A stretch of 64,000 nucleotides of DNA. Origin: an uncultured Acidobacteriota bacterium (GTDB lineage: Bacteria > Acidobacteriota > Thermoanaerobaculia > Gp7-AA8). A program made the translations under genes and the position numbers. The number at the start of each line of letters is the position of its first letter. The stretch's first letter is position 1. Under the pieces are notes generated by a model. The model saw only the letters and a program-made list of their open reading frames with translations, was not told the origin of the DNA and did not search any database. Shown here piece by piece: positions 48,968 to 59,105 of this stretch. The DNA is taken from assembly GCA_963741955.1 (NCBI GenBank), contig CAVUKB010000007.1:384001-448000 (forward strand), written 5' to 3'.

Positions 48968-50488
48968 ATGTCGTCAGCGGCGAAAGTCGGCATCTTCATG
49001 GTCATCATTCTGGTGATCGCCGGCTATCTCATTCTCAGGATCGAAGACGTCCATTTCGGAGGACCTCCACAGAAGACGGTGGTGGCGGTCTTCAACTCTG
49101 CCGCAGGTCTGGACGAGAAGTCCCCGGTGCGCGTCGCAGGTGTGAGAGAAGGAAAGGTCACCCGGATCCAGATCACTCCCGACGGACGGGCGAAGGTGAC
49201 CATGCAGCTCGACACGAATGTTCCCATTCATCAGGGGGCGTCGGCACAGATCGCGAGTCTCGGGCTGCTGGGCGAAAAGTACGTCGAGATCGACACCGGC
49301 AACCCCTCCGCGCCGCTCCTCCAGGGAAACGAAGAGCAGCCGATCGTGCTCAGCGGCTCACAGCCGCCCTCGATCGATCAGGTCACCGCGCAGGTTTCGG
49401 CCATCGCTTCGGACGTGAAGGCGATTACCGAATCGCTCCGCAATACCATGGCCGGGCAGGCCGGGCAGCAGCGCCTCGAAGACATCGTGGAGAACGTCCG
49501 CGCGTCGACTGCCGAGGTCCGAGAGATGCTCCAGGCGAACCGTGAGAACGTCAACGTCACCGCGGAGAACATCCGGCAGATCACCTCCGATCTCCGGGAA
49601 GCCATTCCGCGCCTCGCGGCGTCGATCCAGAGCGTCGCGGACAACATCGGCGGAACTCTCGGCGAGAACCGCTCCGACGTCCACGAGATCGTCGGGAACC
49701 TCCGCAAGCTCTCCGGTCAGTTGACCGTCACCGCCGCGAACCTGAACGACATCACCGGGCAGGTGAAATCGGGAGAGGGTACAGTCGGGAAGCTCCTGTA
49801 CGACCAGGCGGCGTACGACAAGCTGAACGGCGCCCTCACCGCGGTCGAGAGTGGAGTGAACGAGCTGAAAGAAACCCTCGGGCGCGCCAACCGCCTCGCT
49901 CTGAACATCGGTATCCGCTCCGACTACTACGCAGGACTCGACACCGGCGACACGCCGTTCAACGGAAACAGCCGCAGCTCGCTGCAGCTCGACATCATTC
50001 CGAATCCGGAACGGAACCGCTTCTATCACGTCGAGCTCGCGGACGATCCGAACGGCGTGAAGCGGGAGAAGATCAACGAGTACACCGTCACTCTCCCGGA
50101 CGGCACCGAGCAGACCTATTCGGTGCTCGACACGAGGTACGAGCGTGACTTTCTGCTGTCGGCTCAGGCCGGATGGCGGCTGGACGACTTCAATCTCCGT
50201 CTGGGGCTGTTCGACAACACCGGCGGCGTCGGTGCCGACTACCGGATGGGGAAGAGGATCTCGCTCTCCGGTGAAGTCTTCGACTTCGGGAAGCGTCGGA
50301 ACGACAACGCGCACCTCCGTCTGTTCGGCAATTACGTGATCCGGAAAGAGTCGAAGGAGTTCCCGATGGTTTACGTCTCGGCCGGAGTGGACGACGTCTT
50401 CAATGACCGTGCGTTCACAGTCGGCGGCGGCATCCGTTGGGAGGACCAGGATCTGAAGTACCTCCTGGGGAGCGTTCCGATCAAGTAA
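48968..50488 (+). CDS. Elongated MlaD/MCE protein with helical stalk and C-terminal beta-strand domain
   Basis: AKVGIF TM, AGL..KSPVRVAGVREGKV, LGLLGEKYVEI, GEGTVGKLL, amphipathic strands at the C-terminus. Confidence 0.9.
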   Translation: MSSAAKVGIFMVIILVIAGYLILRIEDVHFGGPPQKTVVAVFNSAAGLDEKSPVRVAGVREGKVTRIQITPDGRAKVTMQLDTNVPIHQGASAQIASLGLLGEKYVEIDTGNPSAPLLQGNEEQPIVLSGSQPPSIDQVTAQVSAIASDVKAITESLRNTMAGQAGQQRLEDIVENVRASTAEVREMLQANRENVNVTAENIRQITSDLREAIPRLAASIQSVADNIGGTLGENRSDVHEIVGNLRKLSGQLTVTAANLNDITGQVKSGEGTVGKLLYDQAAYDKLNGALTAVESGVNELKETLGRANRLALNIGIRSDYYAGLDTGDTPFNGNSRSSLQLDIIPNPERNRFYHVELADDPNGVKREKINEYTVTLPDGTEQTYSVLDTRYERDFLLSAQAGWRLDDFNLRLGLFDNTGGVGADYRMGKRISLSGEVFDFGKRRNDNAHLRLFGNYVIRKESKEFPMVYVSAGVDDVFNDRAFTVGGGIRWEDQDLKYLLGSVPIK

Positions 50489-50618
50489 GAGTCTGCGCGA
50501 TAGAAACGTCCGTAGCGAGAAAGCGGAGCAACGAGGCCAGATTCGTTCGGATTTGGACCGCTGATCCGCAGCAGGACAGTTTCTACCGCGCAGACTCCTG
50601 GGACAGTTTTTGCCGCGC
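50489..50618. repeat. Intergenic inverted repeat, REPIN-like
   Basis: GAGTCTGCGCGATAGAAACGTCC (50489-50511) pairs with GGACAGTTTCTACCGCGCAGACTC (50574-50597); partial third copy at 50601. Confidence 0.65.
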
Positions 50619-50684
50619 TGGCGCTGGCGGGAGAATCGCATTTCACTGAGCGAAACGGCGCGAGCCGGGTCGAGAAAGGTCAGG

Positions 50685-51782
50685 ATGTCTTCGAACGGGG
50701 TAGTCAGAGTCGCACTCATCTTCGGCGGACGCAGCGCCGAGCACGAGGTCTCCATTCTCTCCGCGCGCTCGATCCGGGATGCCGCGCCGAAAGAGAAGAT
50801 GGAGATCGTGCCGATATGCATCGCGCAGGACGGACGATTCCTTCCTCCCGACCGGAGCGCCGCGATTCTCGACCGTCACGACCGCGCGCTGGAGGGTGAT
50901 CCCGGCTTCTCGTTCGAGAGCTGGTACCACAACGAGCACATCGACGTCGCTTTTCCCATCGTGCACGGCACGTTCGGAGAGGACGGCACGCTCCAGGGGT
51001 ATCTCGAGATCCTCGGGCTTCCTTACGTCGGCAGCGGTGTGACCGGATCCGCGGTGGGGATGGACAAGATGGTGATGAAGAGCGCATTCGCCGCGGCGAA
51101 GCTCCCGATCGTCGAGTACGTGCCGATGTACGAATGGGAATGGGCGAACGAGCGGGAGCGGCTGACGCGGGGCATCGCGAACGCACTGCGCCTTCCTTAC
51201 TTCGTGAAGCCGGCCAATGCCGGCTCGTCGGTCGGCGTCTCGAAAGTCAAGCGATTGGCCGAGCTCGACGCTGCGATCGACAAGGCGCTTCGCTTCGACG
51301 AAAAGGTTCTCGTCGAGCGCGGCCTCGACGCCCGGGAGATCGAAGTTTCCGTTCTCGGGAACGATGAGCCGGAAGCGTCGCTGCCGGGAGAAGTCGTGGT
51401 CGGCCGGGAGTTCTACGATTACGAAGACAAGTACATCGAGAACAAATCGTCGCTCGTGATTCCGGCGAAGCTCCCGGAGGAAAAGATCGAAGAGATCCGC
51501 CGGCTCGCCGTCAGTGCCTTCAAGTCGATCGGCGCTTCGGGATACGCTCGGGTGGATTTCTTTCTCGAGCGCGGCACCAGCCGCCTCTATCTTAACGAGA
51601 TCAACACCATTCCCGGCTTCACCCGCATTTCGATGTATCCGAAGCTTTGGGAGGCGACGGAGCTCAAGTTCTCACACCTGATCGACCGCCTGGTGCAACT
51701 CGCGATCGAGCGCCACGGGAAGCGCGGTGAGCGCTTCGCGAGCACGATGAAGTTCTTCGAAGACGTCAAGAGCCTCGAATAG
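50685..51782 (+). CDS. ddl: D-alanine--D-alanine ligase
   Basis: FGGRSAEHEVS, HGTFGEDG, MDK, KPANAGSSVG, YDYEDKY, NEINTIPGFT. Confidence 0.96.
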   Translation: MSSNGVVRVALIFGGRSAEHEVSILSARSIRDAAPKEKMEIVPICIAQDGRFLPPDRSAAILDRHDRALEGDPGFSFESWYHNEHIDVAFPIVHGTFGEDGTLQGYLEILGLPYVGSGVTGSAVGMDKMVMKSAFAAAKLPIVEYVPMYEWEWANERERLTRGIANALRLPYFVKPANAGSSVGVSKVKRLAELDAAIDKALRFDEKVLVERGLDAREIEVSVLGNDEPEASLPGEVVVGREFYDYEDKYIENKSSLVIPAKLPEEKIEEIRRLAVSAFKSIGASGYARVDFFLERGTSRLYLNEINTIPGFTRISMYPKLWEATELKFSHLIDRLVQLAIERHGKRGERFASTMKFFEDVKSLE

Positions 51783-51934
51783 AACAGCGAGAGAATCACA
51801 CGCGGCGTGCGAGCCTCATCGATTGCGCGTTGTGACCTCGCTGCAGACCCGTCCATCGAGAATCCTCCTTGTGATCGCGACCTTCCCGCCGTACGATGGC
51901 GCAACCTCCCGCATTCCTCCATAAGGAGATTCAG

Positions 51935-53986
51935 ATGATCCTCCGCAGGCTCTTCCTCCTTCCCTTCCTCCTGATCCTTCCATTTGCCCTCAATGCGGCG
52001 GAACCGGCCACCGCGAATTCGAGCGCGTTCGCCTCGCGACTCGCAGAATACGATCACCCCTCTCTCGGCGCGGCGAAGACGCTCGCCGCGCCAGTGAGTA
52101 TCCCCATCGCGCACATCACGTTCGATCTCGCAGCGGGAGCCGTGGCTCCCTTGCTCGGCAGCGACGGCACGCGCCTCGGCATCTTCTTCCACGGCAAGGG
52201 GACCTACACCTACCACTCCGTCGACTCGGTCGAGACGCCGCTCGTGGTCTGGGAGGCGAAACGCTTCCGTCGCACTGCGAACGAGGAGAAGGACGGAACC
52301 GTCTCGCTGACCGGCACGTTCGTCGACCTTCTTCTCCTGACCGGAGGGACCGACCTCCCTTCCTTCGACGGACCCGATGCCGCGCCTCTCGGCGACGCGT
52401 TCGCGGATCATCAGCGCTCGTTCGACACCGTCCGCTGGACGCCGCCTTCTCATCTCTTGGTTCGGCAGCGGCTCGACGCGCCCGAGCTCCGGACCGCGCT
52501 CGCCGAGATCGGAGGCGATCAGCGCGCGGCGTGGATTCTCGACCCGCTCGAGATGCAGGAAGAGCAGCTCCTGGTCGTGGCACCACCGCAACGGGGAGAT
52601 CCGCGGGTCCGCGAGCTGAAGGGATTCCTCGATGCGTTCCCGATCTCCTCGCAGCCGATCGGATGGAAGCACGGGACGTTCCGTCAGCCGCAGTTCCTCC
52701 TGGTCGACGTCGACTTCCAGCTCGTGGACGAAGGCGACGCGTCGATGAAGCTCTCGGTCACGGAGACGGTCGTGCCGCGCGAGTCTCCCGTCAGCGCGTT
52801 CCGCTTCGACCTGATCGAGGGCGAATGGGACACCGACGCCCGCCTCCGGCGGCTCCATGTCGACTCGGTGCGCGACGCCGGGGGTCACGACATCCCGTTC
52901 TCCTTCGACCGCGGCAGTCTTCTGGTCGGCCTTCCGGAGAAAGTTCAGCGAGGAGCCGCGGCAAAGATCCGCTTCGAGATCTCGGGGGACGTCCTGTTCC
53001 GTCCGAACAACGACAGCTTCTGGGAACTGGGGACGGAGCCGTGGTTCCCGCAGCCGGGACTGAACGGGCAGTACTACACCCTCCACTCGGTGGTGAAGGC
53101 GCGCAAGCCGTGGATCGCCTTCGTTCCAGGTACGACCGTCTCGAGATCGGAAGAAGAAAAGTACGACGTGGTGGAGAGCCGGATGGAGCATCCGGTGCAG
53201 TTCGCGACGGTTCACGCCGGCAAGTACGTGGTGACGAAGAACACCGAAGACGGCCTGACCATCGAAGTGGCGTCGTATGCGATGGGAAACCGCGACACCC
53301 AGGAGCGGATCGAGCGACTGGCGCGGAAGATCATCAAGTTCTACGAGCCGTGGCTCGGACCATTCCCGTTCAAGGAGTTCAGCATCATCGAGATCCAGGC
53401 CCTCGGGTTCGGCCAGGCCCCTCCCGGCACGATGTTCATTACCAGGGAGGCGTTCAATCCTCTTCAGAGCGTCGAGAACCAGCTCTACTCACAGGGGATC
53501 AACCAGCGCTTCGCCCATGAGATCGCGCACCAGTACTGGGGACACGTGGTGAAGATGGGGAGCATCGAGGAGCAGTGGCTGACCGAGGCGTTCGCCGAAT
53601 ATTGCTCGTCGCAGGTGGTGATGCAGATCGACGGGAAGAAGGGGTACGACCACCTGGTGACGCAGTGGCGGACGTCCGCGCACGACGCGGGTCGCTACGC
53701 GCCGGTGGCGCTCGCCGCCCGGATCGTCAATCCCGTCGATCCGTATCAGGGGATGCGCGACCGGATCGGGCTGATGTACGGGAAGGGGGCGTTGATCCTG
53801 GCCACACTGCACAAGGAGCTCGGCGACCAGAAGTTCTTCACCCTCCTGCGCAACCTCCAGGGACTCTATCAGTGGCGTTTCCTCACCACGAACGACGTCG
53901 TTGCCCTCCTCGAGCGGATCGACGACGGAAAGGACTACACGGACTTCTTCGACAAATACTTCTGGGGAACGGAGATGCCGAAGTAG
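51935..53986 (+). CDS. Exported M1-family (gluzincin) metallopeptidase
   Basis: Signal peptide; AHEIAHQYWG, WLTEAFAEY, YGKG. Confidence 0.88.
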   Translation: MILRRLFLLPFLLILPFALNAAEPATANSSAFASRLAEYDHPSLGAAKTLAAPVSIPIAHITFDLAAGAVAPLLGSDGTRLGIFFHGKGTYTYHSVDSVETPLVVWEAKRFRRTANEEKDGTVSLTGTFVDLLLLTGGTDLPSFDGPDAAPLGDAFADHQRSFDTVRWTPPSHLLVRQRLDAPELRTALAEIGGDQRAAWILDPLEMQEEQLLVVAPPQRGDPRVRELKGFLDAFPISSQPIGWKHGTFRQPQFLLVDVDFQLVDEGDASMKLSVTETVVPRESPVSAFRFDLIEGEWDTDARLRRLHVDSVRDAGGHDIPFSFDRGSLLVGLPEKVQRGAAAKIRFEISGDVLFRPNNDSFWELGTEPWFPQPGLNGQYYTLHSVVKARKPWIAFVPGTTVSRSEEEKYDVVESRMEHPVQFATVHAGKYVVTKNTEDGLTIEVASYAMGNRDTQERIERLARKIIKFYEPWLGPFPFKEFSIIEIQALGFGQAPPGTMFITREAFNPLQSVENQLYSQGINQRFAHEIAHQYWGHVVKMGSIEEQWLTEAFAEYCSSQVVMQIDGKKGYDHLVTQWRTSAHDAGRYAPVALAARIVNPVDPYQGMRDRIGLMYGKGALILATLHKELGDQKFFTLLRNLQGLYQWRFLTTNDVVALLERIDDGKDYTDFFDKYFWGTEMPK

Positions 53987-53995
53987 AGGAGCGAA

Positions 53996-54182
53996 GTGGG
54001 TCGCGCCATAGTGGGTCGCCCCATAGTGGATCGCGCCCAGTGGATCGCGCCCAGTGGATCGCGCCAGGTGGGTCGCGCCCAGTGGGTCGCGCCTCCGGCG
54101 CGAAGCTCCCCGGCATCGTGCCGGGGAGTCGAGTGGGTCGCACGTCCCCGTGCGAAGCCCTCCGGCGTCGCGCCGGAGGGCA
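53996..54182 (+). repeat. Cluster of REP-like elements and tandem 14-15-nt REP half-units
   Basis: Seven GTGG(G/A)TCGC(G/C)CC units at 53996-54093; full hairpins GTGGG-TCGCGCC-TCC-GGCGCGA and GTGGG-TCGCACG-TCCC-CGTGCGA (54133-54155). Confidence 0.85.
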
Positions 54183-55287
54183 ATGGTGGATTGGTACGCT
54201 GTCCGTGCGTCTCGCGGTGAACGAGCAACCGTGAGTCGCTCCGAGCCCCCTCCCGGCACCGGGGAGGACCTCCGTTGCGCTGTTCCCCGACAAACACTCC
54301 CCCGCAACGCCTTGCCTTCTCCTGACCGGAATCAAGTCTTCAGTCGACGACCTTTGCATTTCGGTGAGAGGTGAAGGTGACGCGCCCCCGAAACGGATCG
54401 ACGCCGCTCCTGCCTGCCGGCGCTCATCCGCCGCAGGCCCACGTTGCACCACTCATCCCGGCCATCCGCACTTCCATAACTGTGGTGGCGCGCTCCCACG
54501 AAGCACGATCCACGTTCTCTCGCGCCGCGCCCTCGCTACCCCCGCCGGGGTCAAGTCTTCAGTCGGCGCCGGACCCATCGGGCTTCGCTCCCACGGAGCG
54601 ACACCCACTCCCACTCGCGCGGCCTGGCGAGCGCCGAAGGCGCGATTGACAGTTGCCCCGGGGATCACGCGCGCCACGACAATGCTTGTTGTCCATCACC
54701 TGAATCCAGGGGGGCGCGACGCGTGCCCGCGATGCCAACGTCACCGCGCTGAAGAATGTTCTGCACGCGGCGTGACCGCCGAGGCCACCGCCGGAATCGA
54801 GGTTCTCGTGGCGAAGCTTCAACGAGTACTGGAAGGAGGCCGCGGATGCGATCGACCACGCCGTGGATCTCGCCACGCGGTTCGACGACCCGAATCGTGG
54901 GGCGTTCGTCGAGCACGGAAGAAAGATCCGGGAGAAGCTGACCGCAGCACCGAATGGCGCAGATTCGCACGAGTAGAGGGTCGCGCGAGCTCACCGCGCA
55001 CGCCCTCGTCTCTTCAACCGACAAACGCTCCTTCGGACGATTCTCACTCTCCGCGTTCCGGGGTCATGTCTTCAGCGATGAAGCCGTTTTGGGAAGATTG
55101 AAGGGTGAGGACGCCCTAATCCGGGCTCCGGCCCCCGGATGTAAAGGAGGTTCCCGGTCTAATGTAAAGGAGGCTCCCGGTTGTTCCCCCCCCCCGACCC
55201 CCGACCCCCGGTTCCCCGTCCCCCAGCTCGCACAACTCACCTCTCACTTCTCACCCTTCACCTCTCTCCTGCTATCCTGGCCCCCGC

Positions 55288-57598
55288 ATGCCCTCCCGTC
55301 CGCTTCCGCCCGGCCTGTATGATCTCCCGCTCACCACGGGTCTCGCGCGCCGGATCGCGGAGCTCGATCGCGAGCGCCTGCGCGCCGAGGTTGCCGCCGC
55401 CGACCCGGCCGACGCGGACCTTCTCCTCGCGCGCCATCTCGCCGCGATCGTCCGGCAGACTCTCCAGTCGGTCCCGAAGGAAGATCGCCTCACGCGCCAG
55501 GCCGAGATCATCAACGAGCTCCTCGCCGCCCTCGAACGCACGAGCCCCAGCAGCGTCGATTCCGGAGAACACCTCTCCGTTCCGACGCAGCGCCTCGCGT
55601 CCATCTCACGCATCCCGGATATCCCACCCGACCGCTCACCGACCCCTGACCCCCGAACCCCGTCTCCGCACCTCCGCCCCCTGATCCCCCTCTCCCAATC
55701 CGACCTCCTCACCAACGCCCGCGGCGAGCCCGCGATCGCCGAAGCCCTCGGGCGGGAGATCGAGTCGGCGGACCGCATCGATCTTCTCTGTGCGTTCATC
55801 CGCTGGAGCGGGCTACGTCTCCTCCTCGATCCGCTTGGGCGCTTCTTCGCTCGTGGCGGGAAGATGAGAGTGATCACCACCACCTACATCGGGGCGACGC
55901 AGCGTCGCGCGGTGGACCGCCTCGCCCAGCTCGGCGCCGAAGTCCGGATCTCGTATCTGGACAAGTCGACGCGCCTCCACGCGAAGGCGTGGCTCTTCCA
56001 TCGCGACTCCGGATTCCCGACCGCCTACATCGGCTCCTCGAATCTCTCCACCGCCGCGATGCTCGACGGCCTGGAGTGGAACGTCCGCCTGTCGCGACCC
56101 GACGCGCCGACGATCCTCGAGAAATTCGAGGCGACGTTCGATTCCTACTGGGCCGATCCCGACTTCGAGCGGTACGACCCCGCGCGCGACACGGAGAAAT
56201 TCGACCGCGCGATCCACAGTGCCAGCACGGCCGATCGTGAGCCGGACCTCACGCTCTTCGACCTTCACCCGCATCCCTATCAGGAAGAGATCCTCCAGAC
56301 GTTGGAAGTGGAGCGGTACCGGCACAACCGCTGGCAGAACCTCGTCGTCGCGGCCACCGGGACGGGGAAGACCGTCATCGCCGCGTTCGACTACCGCCGC
56401 CTCTGTGAGCAACTCAGCGACGGCCGGCCCCTTCGACTCCTCTTCGTCGCGCACCGCCGCGAGATCCTCCGGCAGTCGATGAGCACCTTCCGTCACGTGA
56501 TGCGCGACGGCACCCTCGGCGAGTTGTATGTCGACGGGCATCGACCGGAGGAATGGGGCCAGGTCTTCGCTTCGGTCCAGTCGCTCCAGAACCTCGACCT
56601 CGAGCGGACGCCGCCGGACGCCTTCGACGTCATCGTCATCGACGAGTTCCACCACGCCGCGGCGCCGACGTACGAAACGATCCTCCACCATTTCACCCCG
56701 CGTGTCCTCCTCGGCCTCACCGCCACACCCGAGCGGATGGACGGGCGATCGATCCTCGGCTGGTTCGGGAGTCGCATCGCCGCGGAGTTGCGCCTCTGGG
56801 ACGCGCTCGACCGCGGCTTTCTCGTGCCGTTCCACTACTTCGGCATCGGCGACGAGATCGACCTCTCCTCGGTGAAGTGGACGCGCGGCCGGTACGATCC
56901 GCGGGAACTCGAGAACCTCTACACCGCAGACGACGCGCGCATCCGCTTGATCCTGCGCGAGCTGGGGGAGAAGGTTGCGGACGTGCGGCAGATGCGTGCG
57001 CTCGGCTTCTGTGTCGGCATCGACCACGCGCGGATGATGGCCCGGCGGTTCAACGAAGCAGGGATTCCGTCGGTGGCGACGCTGGGGGAGACGGAGCACG
57101 AGGAGCGCGACCGTGCGCTGCGGGACCTGCGCGACCGGACGATCAACTGCATCTTCGCGGTGGACATCTTCAACGAAGGCGTCGACGTCCCGGCGATCGA
57201 TACGGTGCTCTTCCTCCGGCCGACCGAGAGCGCCACGATCTTCCTTCAGCAGCTCGGCCGCGGACTCAGACGCACCGGGACGAAAGACTGCCTGACCGTC
57301 CTCGACTTCATCGGCAACGCGAACCGCAACTTCCGTTTCGACCGCCGCTACCGCGCGATCCTCGGCGGCACGCGGAAGGAGATCGAGACCGCGGCGAGGC
57401 ATGACTTCCCGTTCCTCCCGCCCGGCTGTTCGATGCACCTCGACCGGGTCGCCCGCGAGCACGTGCTCCACAATCTCAAGGAGTCGCTCGGGAGCGGCAT
57501 CCGAGGGCTGGTCGAGGAGCTGCGGTCCATCGGAGAGCCGGTGACGCTCGGCGAGTTCCTCGAACGCGCGGGCATCGAGCCCGAGGACATCTACTCTG
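55288..57598 (+). pseudogene. PLD nuclease-SF2 helicase (SauUSI/DUF3427-type), C-terminally truncated
   Basis: LHAKAW..IGSSNLS, AATGTGKT, DEFHH, TATPER, QQLGRGLR; protein-like sequence ends at PEDIYS and the rest of the ORF is antisense to vsr. Confidence 0.8.
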
Positions 57599-58030
57599 CT
57601 ACCCGTGGAACTCTAGACGTCTTCGATTCAGGACCGTTTCAATTCTCTGAACGCAGCGCTCCGGCTCGTGAAGCACCTCATGTTCCCAGAACCGAAGCAC
57701 GTTCCACCCCATCTGCTCGAGCTCTCTCGTGCGCGCTTCGTCGCGGCGCCGGTTCATCGTCCTTTTCTCGATCCAGTAGCCGGTGTTGGAGACCGGTGCC
57801 CGCCCGTCAGGACAGTCCGGGCATCCATGCCAGAAACAGCCATCCACGAACACCGCGACCTTCGCGCGCCCGAACGAGATGTCGGGCTTTCCAGGAAGGC
57901 GCCGGTGAAGGCGATAGCCGCGCAACCCGCAGAGCCAAAGGAGTTTCCTGAGCCGGACTTCCGGCTTGGTATCCCGAGACCGGATGCGTGACATGTTGTA
58001 CGAACGAGTGGGTTTGTCGTGGACATCCAT
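57599..58030 (-). CDS. vsr: Very short patch repair endonuclease
   Basis: RSYNMSRIRSRDTKPE, LPGKPDI, FVDGCFWHGC, GW.VLRFWE. Confidence 0.96.
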   Translation of the reverse strand: MDVHDKPTRSYNMSRIRSRDTKPEVRLRKLLWLCGLRGYRLHRRLPGKPDISFGRAKVAVFVDGCFWHGCPDCPDGRAPVSNTGYWIEKRTMNRRRDEARTRELEQMGWNVLRFWEHEVLHEPERCVQRIETVLNRRRLEFHG

Positions 58031-58038
58031 CAGCAAAA

Positions 58039-58089
58039 TCTACCTAATGTAGAAAGCTCGCACTTTGTTTCAGTGTTCGCTACACTGAA
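58039..58089. promoter_or_regulatory. Two inverted repeats in the divergent vsr/MTase spacer
   Basis: TCTAC-N5-GTAGA (58039-58053); TTCAGTGT-N5-ACACTGAA (58069-58089). Confidence 0.55.
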
Positions 58090-58094
58090 CCGGA

Positions 58095-59102
58095 ATGTCC
58101 CCGACAGTGTTCGAAATCTGCGCCGGAGGTGGCGGCCAGGCTCTCGGGTTGGAAGCCGCGGGATTCGGTTGCGTCGGCGCCGTGGAGATCGAGTCACCGG
58201 CCTGCGCCACGCTGCGTCTGAACAGGCCAGAGTGGAACGTGATGGAGGCTGACGTCCGGAACGTTAGCGGACAGGATTTCCGGGGTGTCGATCTTCTCGC
58301 GGGTGGCGTTCCGTGTCCCCCGTTTTCGATCGCGGGGAAGCAACTCGGAAGCGGTGACGAACGGGATCTCTTCCCCGAGGCGCTGCGGCTGACCGAAGAA
58401 ATTCGCCCTCGAGCCGTGATGCTCGAGAACGTCCCAGGTTTCGCTTCGGAGAAGTTTCGCGACTACCGGCAGGGACTCTTCGCGAAGTTTCGCAAACTTG
58501 GCTACAACCCGGACTTCCGGATCTTGAACGCCCGCGATTTCGGTGTACCGCAACTGCGGCCCCGGTGCATCATCGTCGCTCTTCGCGAAGATGAGATGAA
58601 CTACTTTCGCTGGCCATCTCCAGGAGAAAGGTGCCCAAGGACCGTCGGCGCTGCCGTGGGCGATCTGATGGGGTCCCGGAGATGGGCGGGCGCCGAGAGA
58701 TGGGCAGAGGGTGCCGATCACGTGGCGCCAACGATCGTCGGTGGCTCGAAGAAGCACGGCGGACCAGATCTCGGACCGACGCGCGCTCGTGAGCAGTGGG
58801 CGAAGCTGGGCGTGGACGGTCTGGGCGTCGCCGCCGAGCCACCCGGGCCCGATTTTCCGCTCGACGGCAAACCCAAGCTTACCGTTCGCATGGTTGCCAG
58901 AATCCAGGGTTTTCCAGACGAGTGGGAGTTCTTCGGGAAGAAGACTCCAGCATATCGCCAAGTTGGCAACGCGTTTCCGCCACCCGTTGCCGAGGCCGTG
59001 GGCAGGGCGATTCTGGCGGCGTTCGAGGGCGCATACGAGCCCGCGTTTGACGGACGCCAGATGAGAATATTCGACGGCGATGAGAAGAGCGCTACTGCGT
59101 GA
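58095..59102 (+). CDS. DNA (cytosine-5)-methyltransferase, M.NgoMIV/M.NaeI-like
   Basis: CAGGGG, GVPCPPFS, ENV, PQLRPR, QVGNAFPP; TRD APTIVGGSKKHGGPDLGPTRA recalled from GCCGGC-specific enzymes. Confidence 0.95.
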   Translation: MSPTVFEICAGGGGQALGLEAAGFGCVGAVEIESPACATLRLNRPEWNVMEADVRNVSGQDFRGVDLLAGGVPCPPFSIAGKQLGSGDERDLFPEALRLTEEIRPRAVMLENVPGFASEKFRDYRQGLFAKFRKLGYNPDFRILNARDFGVPQLRPRCIIVALREDEMNYFRWPSPGERCPRTVGAAVGDLMGSRRWAGAERWAEGADHVAPTIVGGSKKHGGPDLGPTRAREQWAKLGVDGLGVAAEPPGPDFPLDGKPKLTVRMVARIQGFPDEWEFFGKKTPAYRQVGNAFPPPVAEAVGRAILAAFEGAYEPAFDGRQMRIFDGDEKSATA

Positions 59103-59105
59103 GGG

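Noticed and set aside
53996-54103. Possible CRISPR array
   Set aside because: Units are 14-15 nt and contiguous, with no spacers and no cas genes
54794-54976. Possible gene remnant (YWKEAADAIDHAVDLATRFDDP...)
   Set aside because: Protein-like but short, start-less and unassignable
57599-57951. Real helicase/vsr overlapping coding
   Set aside because: The tail is low-information antisense read-through, better explained by truncation
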